Shown: piece after piece, positions 59,501-64,000 of the stretch
Layout of the letters: each line of letters starts with the position of its first letter
How positions within the stretch are numbered: the stretch's first letter is position 1
From: Raillietiella orientalis
Taxonomy: Eukaryota
DNA length: 64,000 bases
Reading direction: 5' to 3'
Assembly: GCA_036172245.1 (NCBI GenBank)
Contig: JAYWIR010000030.1
Span: 930,001 to 994,000 of the forward strand
Program-made: the position numbers and the translations under genes
Notes under the pieces: generated by a model
Databases searched by the model: none
The model's input: the letters and a program-made list of their open reading frames with translations, nothing else
What the model was told of the DNA's origin: nothing

Positions 59501-60143
59501 TCCCGCTAATGGAGCGGCCCCTCATCGGGAGCGGGCAGGAGAAGGGGAGGGAGAAAAAGCAAACTTGCTTGCCGATTGAAGCAGGGACAAAAGCACGGAG
59601 AAGCGGCCGTTTCGATGCCCGATAGGATCCCGCGCGTGCGGGGGAGGATGCTCATCCACCTGCAGGGAGTCTGCGCCATCGTCCGGTAGCCGTTTCCACG
59701 CGACGGGAAGGAGAAGAAGAGCTCTCTCTCTCGCAAGCGCCTCGGCTTCCAGAGCGCTTCCGTCCCGGAAAGGGGGGGAAAGGAATTCCCCCTCCCCCCC
59801 CCGGCTCTCCTCGAAGCTTTCCCGTCTCTTCCCGAAGGGGCCCCTCGGGGGCCATCCCGATCTGCGTCCTGCAGGACCGCCGGCCTGCGCGGCGGAGTGG
59901 GCCGGGAAGCACCGGCCGAGCGCGCGCGCTCGGAGCCCGCCATACCATGTCATTCCTGTTGGCCTCGGTGATGTTGGTCTCGTAGTCCCACCTGGCCTCG
60001 CTCAGCCGGTTGCAGAGCCGCGTCAGCTCCGCATCCGCCTCGTCCAGCAGCCGTTGAAAGCTCGGTGTGTCTTTACGCTCCTGCGCGCGGCCGACTCCGC
60101 AGCACCAGCAGACGGCTAGGACGACACCCACCGCGTTTGCCAT
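26226..60143 (-). CDS. ACE: two-domain, membrane-anchored angiotensin-converting enzyme-like protein (peptidase M2), 23 coding exons, about 1270 aa; N-terminal domain intact, C-terminal domain catalytically degenerate
   Basis: The 23 exons listed individually below sum to 3813 nt with consistent phases. They encode a signal peptide, two complete collinear sets of ACE motifs, a TM helix ([22 protein letters not shown]) and a basic cytoplasmic tail. Confidence 0.92.
28606..28743 (-). CDS. ACE: ACE exon 22 (absent from the ORF track)
   Basis: Manual translation gives [46 protein letters not shown]. Boundaries ctctag and gtaact. Confidence 0.9.
29061..29590 (+). mobile_element. tRNA-headed SINE-like repeat, copy B
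   Basis: A-box-like tggcggccgtgtag, B-box ggttcgaatccc at 29116-29127, and the shared core. Confidence 0.8.
29620..29646. repeat. (TA)n microsatellite
   Basis: Perfect TA run just 3' of SINE-like copy B. Confidence 0.95.
30512..30610 (-). CDS. ACE: ACE exon 21 (absent from the ORF track in this frame)
   Basis: Manual translation gives [34 protein letters not shown]. Boundaries aattcag and gtgaac, 99 nt. Confidence 0.88.
30665..30911 (-). CDS. ACE: ACE exon 20 (GFEHSVGR; ends at a GC donor)
   Basis: Encodes [72 protein letters not shown]. Donor AG|gcaagc. Confidence 0.9.
32281..32405 (-). CDS. ACE: ACE exon 19, degenerate zinc motif HREIGH (32359-32342)
   Basis: Encodes [43 protein letters not shown]. 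125 nt, the same length as exon 8. Confidence 0.93.
32826..32998 (-). CDS. ACE: ACE exon 18 (CYPSAWDF)
   Basis: Encodes [58 protein letters not shown]. Confidence 0.93.
34152..34249 (-). CDS. ACE: ACE exon 17
   Basis: Encodes [33 protein letters not shown]. Confidence 0.92.
34377..34562 (-). CDS. ACE: ACE exon 16
   Basis: Encodes [63 protein letters not shown]. Confidence 0.92.
34667..34810 (-). CDS. ACE: ACE exon 15
   Basis: Encodes [48 protein letters not shown]. 144 nt, the same length as exon 4. Confidence 0.92.
37156..37632 (-). mobile_element. tRNA-headed SINE-like repeat, copy C
   Basis: The reverse complement has gggttcgaatcccc, the shared core and the shared 3' end ggtccctccgggtttcccccta. 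Confidence 0.8.
37773..37881 (-). CDS. ACE: ACE exon 14
   Basis: Encodes [36 protein letters not shown], paralogous to exon 3. Boundaries tttccag and gtaaaa. Confidence 0.88.
39378..39542 (-). CDS. ACE: ACE exon 13
   Basis: Encodes [55 protein letters not shown], paralogous to exon 2. Confidence 0.85.
41071..41201 (-). CDS. ACE: ACE exon 12, start of domain 2
   Basis: Acceptor ttctcccctgttctcctag. Encodes [44 protein letters not shown], paralogous to exon 1 WDYETNIT. Donor gtgagc. Confidence 0.85.
41262..41419 (-). CDS. ACE: ACE exon 11, end of domain 1 (ends at a GC donor)
   Basis: Encodes [53 protein letters not shown]. Donor AG|gcgagt, phase 1. Confidence 0.88.
41482..41604 (-). CDS. 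ACE: ACE exon 10
   Basis: Encodes [42 protein letters not shown]. 123 nt. Confidence 0.95.
41672..42026 (-). CDS. ACE: ACE exon 9, third zinc ligand GFHEAIGD through AKFH..PYIR
   Basis: Encodes [78 protein letters not shown]. Confidence 0.96.
43225..43349 (-). CDS. ACE: ACE exon 8, domain-1 zinc motif HHEMGH (43303-43286)
   Basis: Encodes [43 protein letters not shown]. Confidence 0.96.
43720..44017. mobile_element. hAT (Charlie-like) MITE, 298 bp
   Basis: TIRs cggcgtttcccaaac and gtttgggaaacgctg match at 14 of 15 positions. Perfect 8-bp TSD gtttggag at 43712-43719 and 44018-44025. Confidence 0.88.
44656..44834 (-). CDS. ACE: ACE exon 7
   Basis: Encodes [60 protein letters not shown]. Confidence 0.95.
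46640..47167 (+). mobile_element. SINE-like repeat, copy D (head degraded)
   Basis: Shared core (gctggttgacctattcgggtgcg..ggaaaccgggtgccccgttgactggcc..aatcaaggagtcggttcccttcg) and 3' end ggtccctccgggtatcccctata. Confidence 0.75.
47873..47967 (-). CDS. ACE: ACE exon 6
   Basis: Encodes [32 protein letters not shown]. Boundaries tttcag and gtagga. Confidence 0.93.
49396..49587 (-). CDS. ACE: ACE exon 5 (absent from the ORF track)
   Basis: Manual translation gives [65 protein letters not shown]. Boundaries tag and gtgagt, 192 nt. Confidence 0.93.
50600..51560. repeat. degenerate trinucleotide low-complexity tract (CTG/CCG/CTA/TTA)
   Basis: Runs such as ttactactgtt, gctgctactacgactacg and gccgccgctgctg in ACE intron 4. 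Confidence 0.6.
51834..51977 (-). CDS. ACE: ACE exon 4
   Basis: Encodes [49 protein letters not shown]. 144 nt, GT-AG boundaries. Confidence 0.92.
52035..52131 (-). CDS. ACE: ACE exon 3
   Basis: Acceptor cttcag. Encodes [32 protein letters not shown]. Phase-1 donor gttcga. Confidence 0.88.
54840..54998 (-). CDS. ACE: ACE exon 2
   Basis: Acceptor tttccag. Encodes [43 protein letters not shown]. Donor gtgagt. Confidence 0.88.
55250..57800 (+). mobile_element. probable highly decayed non-LTR retrotransposon (LINE ORF2/RT) remnant in ACE intron 1
   Basis: Degenerate RT-like motifs occur in the expected order across frames: [59 protein letters not shown]. Many stops and frameshifts. Confidence 0.35.
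59946..60143 (-). CDS. ACE: ACE exon 1 (signal peptide [20 protein letters not shown], ...[13 protein letters not shown])
   Basis: Acceptor ctcccag lies 4 nt upstream of the ATG. Contains the ACE N-terminal WxYxTNIT motif. Donor gtatgg, phase 0. Confidence 0.88.
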
Positions 60144-61897
60144 CACACTGGGAGACCGGAAGAACCGTACTGAGGCGCCGTCTTCTCGCTCGCTCGGGAA
60201 ACGCATCTGCCTTATCAGATGTGGAATGCGCATCTCCTGTCACGTACGCGCTTGCGTCACACCGGCATCCGATGGGGAGGCCGCGCGCGGAGTGGCTGCT
60301 GCTGCTCCCCTCCGTTCCACCGGAGGGAGGGGTGAGCACGCTCGGAGGACGAAGGAAAGCGGGGAGGGGGGGGGGGGAAAGGGGGAACCAGTCCCCTGTC
60401 CGACAAGAGGCTCCTTCGTGCTCTTGGGAAGATTCACCAGCAAGTGCCAAGGCGGTCCGGAGAGTGCGCGGCGACGAAGCCGGAGCGCTGGTACAGCGGC
60501 AACACCTGAAGGGGAGGGTAGCAGATGCGCCTTCGCCTCATTAGCATTCCCCGGGAGGCTCCCCCGCGCAAGTGGGCGCGCGCCTCCTCCTCCTCGAAAA
60601 GAGGAAGGAGAAGAGGGGCTGGAGGGAGGAGTGGGGGGAGAAAGGAGGCGACGATGACCCTCAACACCCACTCCCCTCTCTCCTCGGTCCGGGAGCAGCA
60701 GGGAACGCGTGCGTCCCCCTCCCGTCGGGGATTCCTCGCACTTGCTGCCACGGAAACGGAAGTTGTGGAGACCTCCCCTGTTTGAGCCCGTGCGTCCGCC
60801 GGCACCGCCGTCCCGAGGAAAGCGGAGGACGGGGCCGTGCCGGGCGCAGCTCGTCGTCAGCGGCGGAGGACGCCACCGGCTCCCGCGCCCGCCTTCCACG
60901 GAGCGGGAGGGGGGAGGAGGGAGGGAAACTTCCGGACCACCTCCTGCTCCTCCTTATCGCTGGGGCTCTCCTTTCCAGAGATGGTTCCGTCGGGGAAAAG
61001 CGCCTTGTCCTGGAAAATTTAGCCCTTCCGGCAGCTCCCCTCCCCCTTTGCACCTGACCTCTGCTCGTGTCAGTACAGACGCCGCGTGTGGAAAGAGAGA
61101 GGGCGCGTCTTCTTCGCCTGCTGACGGTGCCGGAGCTTGGCGTGCTCCCCCTCGATGCGCACTCGAGCGGAGACGCCCGAGAGGGCATCGGGAGACGGCC
61201 CGGAACCCACGAGCGCCGCCCAGCAGATCCCCACGCCGTGTATGCCCTCGTCTCCTTCGAGCACCTTCGTCTCCTGCTGATCTTGGGAACAGGCGCCGCA
61301 TCCCGTTCCAGGAACTCCGAGCTTCTGTCTTTGTCCGGTCGCGCCGGGGGTGGCCGGGAGGTCGTAGGCAGCAGCCGCTCCTGCTTGTTCGGGACCGTCG
61401 CACAATGCCGGTCGTCTCCTTGGCACCTCCTCAGCCGTCCTCGCGTAGGCGGCTGCGACGAGGGCGACCTCTCTCCGCTGCGTCAAGAGACCGGATACGC
61501 CCTACGAATCCGGACTGCGGCACGCGGCGCGGATCAGGGGGAAACTGCAGCCATGGAGCCCGCCGCGCGCGCAGAGAATCTCCGCGGCAAGTCGCTTGGC
61601 GGTGCCCCTTCCGGGTGCCGCAGCGCCGATGCCACGGTCCCTTGGGGGCACCGCAGTACCATGAGAGGAGCAGGAACGGCTAGATCCTCCCGCGCTGCGG
61701 AGGATGCAGGGATGCCCCCGGGGACGAGGTGGAGGCGCTGGTTGCACTGGGAACTCCGGTGCGAAAGCAGCGCCGCCGCGTGTTGCCACCCCAGCAGGAA
61801 CACACCGAGGTGTTCCAACGCAGAGGAGAGGTAACGCGACGCCCCTCGGAGGGCCCGCACCCAGCAGTTCTTGCCTCTGAACCGTAAATCCTCAAAC

Positions 61898-62472
61898 TAT
61901 AGGGGGTACCCCGGGTATGGGACCTTCCTTTGGATCCAGGATGGGCTCCGGAGGAATGAGTCCGTTCCTCTCACGCTGGGAAGGAATCCCAAAGAGGGCC
62001 TCTCCCTTTTTCTCCCCGGAGAGGGTGCATTTCTCGTTTCTTCGAAAAAAAAACAGGAAAGGGTACCCTACTGGAATTTCTTCTCCGGAGGGAACCCGCA
62101 CGGGATCCGCTCCCTGTTTCCTCCTCTGAAGAGAACCCCGAAGGGTGCAGTGCGCTTGTTGACACACTTATTGACTCTGCAACCCCCCGAGGGGGGATAT
62201 CAACCAGCTCCACGGTACGCGACGGATGGTCGGATTTACCTGAGGAAAGGGAGAACGGCTCCCTTTTCGCAACCAAAGGGGAGCCCCGAAGGGCACCGGG
62301 ACTCCTTGATTCCTGGAAGTACCTCGAGGGGTTAGCTTCCCATCGCGGCCGGTCAACGAGGGCATCCGGTTTCCGGCTCCCATCAGCCTCACCCGAAGCC
62401 TACAGGCCAACCGGCGTCATCTAGCGGGAGGACTGGAAACCCACGATGCACCACTCGTTCTCGGCGTGGATC
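61898..62472 (-). mobile_element. SINE-like repeat, copy E (5'-truncated)
   Basis: The reverse complement matches the core and the 3' end ggtccc..ccggggtaccccctata. Confidence 0.75.
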
Positions 62473-62512
62473 TTTCATTTTCATCAGATCACTCCGCGTC
62501 GTGTTTTGTAAA

Positions 62513-62534
62513 ATATATATATATATATATATAT
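62513..62534. repeat. (AT)n microsatellite
   Basis: AT run flanked by ttttgtaaa and tttacaaaa, forming a local palindrome. Confidence 0.9.
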
Positions 62535-63217
62535 TTACAAAAAAAAAATAGCCGCATAAAATATAAAAATGTCGTTCTTCGTAGTGACTTCACATCACCA
62601 CTACGGAGGGAAATGCCTCGGAGGCGCTGCTCCCCCGACGAGGTCCGCACAGGAGACGTGAGGGAAGGGGTAAACAAAAAAACAAAAACAAAAAACACGA
62701 AAGTTCAGTTTAAAAAAATATCTCGGGGAGTCGGGAAGGAAAGGGAACGGATCTCGGATTTCTTCCTGGCGTCCTCAGGATCCTCTGGAGAATTCTTGTG
62801 TTCCTACTTCCTACTTTTGTTGGCAGAGATGTGGCCATCTTGTCTCCTTTCCCCATAAAGGAGAGGGCGATCAGGATGACATCACGGTTCGACTGAACTC
62901 TTTCGGCACGACTTCCCTCCGCCGCCGCTGTCCCACGAAGGCAGCGCAGAGCTGCCAGGGAAGCTGCGGGGCGGCATCCAGTCGCGCGCTAAGAGGCTTC
63001 GCAACACCTCTCTGTCGCTGTCCACTGAGAGAGGGAGGGCTGCAGCGAAGCATTCCCGGACATCCAGGGGAACAACAATCCAGCAACAGGGGCAGGAAGA
63101 TTTCGCGTTCCCCGCACCTGGCTCAGAACGGGGCCGCACTTCCCCTCGTCCACTGGGGGACTCGTGCGCTGCATGAGAACGCCCAGTGCAGCAGCTGCAA
63201 TGCTGAGTGTTTGCTCT

Positions 63218-63415
63218 CCTTGATTACCGGAAGGATCCCGGAGGATCAACTTCCAATCCCGGCCACTCAACGGGAGCATACGGTTTCCGGCTTCCGCCAG
63301 TGCCGCACCCGAACGGGCCAACCAGCGTTCATCCTGCAGGGGGGACTGGAAACCCCCACGACGCACCCCCATTCTCGGCATCGATCCTTCCCTAGGTGAG
63401 ATTCGAACCCGCGGT
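63218..63415 (-). mobile_element. SINE-like repeat, copy F (5' part only)
   Basis: The reverse complement has B-box gcgggttcgaatctc followed by ggatcgatgccgagaatgggggtgc, near-identical to copy B. Confidence 0.75.
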
Positions 63416-64000
63416 TCCAACGCAGAAGCATGCGAGGAGAGGCCCGTCACTTGGGGATGCTCGTCTCTGCGATGCGGGTGATGTTTTTCGTTTCTAGGGA
63501 GACCCCAGAACCTTAAGGAAGGCTAAGGACGAAAACGTGGATCAGGAAGCCCGGCGTCTGGAAGTTTTCCTCGGGAATCTCCGGATAACCTTTTTCTGAT
63601 CTTGAGCAAAGTCTTTGGGCGGGAGTTCGTGTGTCCGTCAGACACCACGGGAACTTGGTAGCCCGTGCCCCGCTGATCCATGCTCCAGGAGATCGCTCCT
63701 CCTCCCCCACTTCCTGACGATGCAGGAGGGGCAGCTCGACGTTCCCGACAGCCTCGCGATGCGCCCTAGGGAGCAGGCTCGTGTCATCCAGAATCCCGTG
63801 ACGCACTGGAGCTGCCCTGAGATGCGAGTGGCACCATTCCTGGGGACCAACACCTGGAGAGACCGTCCGGAAGGAACTGCGGGCCCAGCGTTTGCTCTAC
63901 CATCGGGCAGCAAAATCCGTTCGAAGTCCTCCAGTGGTACGGCGATCGAAGGGAGCGTGGGACGGAGTGGAGGATGCGAATAGATCCCAGATGGCAACGG

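Noticed and set aside
1..64000. Prokaryotic systems (CRISPR arrays, operons, defence islands)
   Set aside because: The sequence is clearly intron-containing eukaryotic DNA, and no regularly spaced direct-repeat array was seen.

Overview
Eukaryotic, GC-rich arthropod genomic DNA (species not determinable from sequence alone) with two convergent multi-exon genes that I reconstructed by hand from splice sites and reading-frame phase. (1) Plus strand 6086-23406: a masquerade orthologue with 8 coding exons and about 877 aa. It has a signal peptide, five clip-like Cys domains and a trypsin-fold domain with GDGGG in place of GDSGG, so it is a non-catalytic serine protease homologue. (2) Minus strand 60143-26226: an angiotensin-converting enzyme (peptidase M2) gene with 23 coding exons and about 1270 aa. 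It has a signal peptide, TWO tandem M2 domains, a C-terminal transmembrane helix and a short cytoplasmic tail. Domain 1 has all catalytic motifs intact ([29 protein letters not shown]). Domain 2 has all of them altered ([29 protein letters not shown]). The two domains are joined across a 60-nt GC-AG intron that carries an in-frame stop, so retaining it would give a secreted, single-domain active ACE. Introns and intergenic DNA hold six copies of a hairpin-rich, tRNA-headed SINE-like repeat, two copies of a hAT-type MITE (one with a perfect 8-bp TSD), an AT-rich element with inverted termini, probable decayed LINE remnants and microsatellites. Most ORFs in the supplied track are spurious products of GC-rich non-coding DNA.
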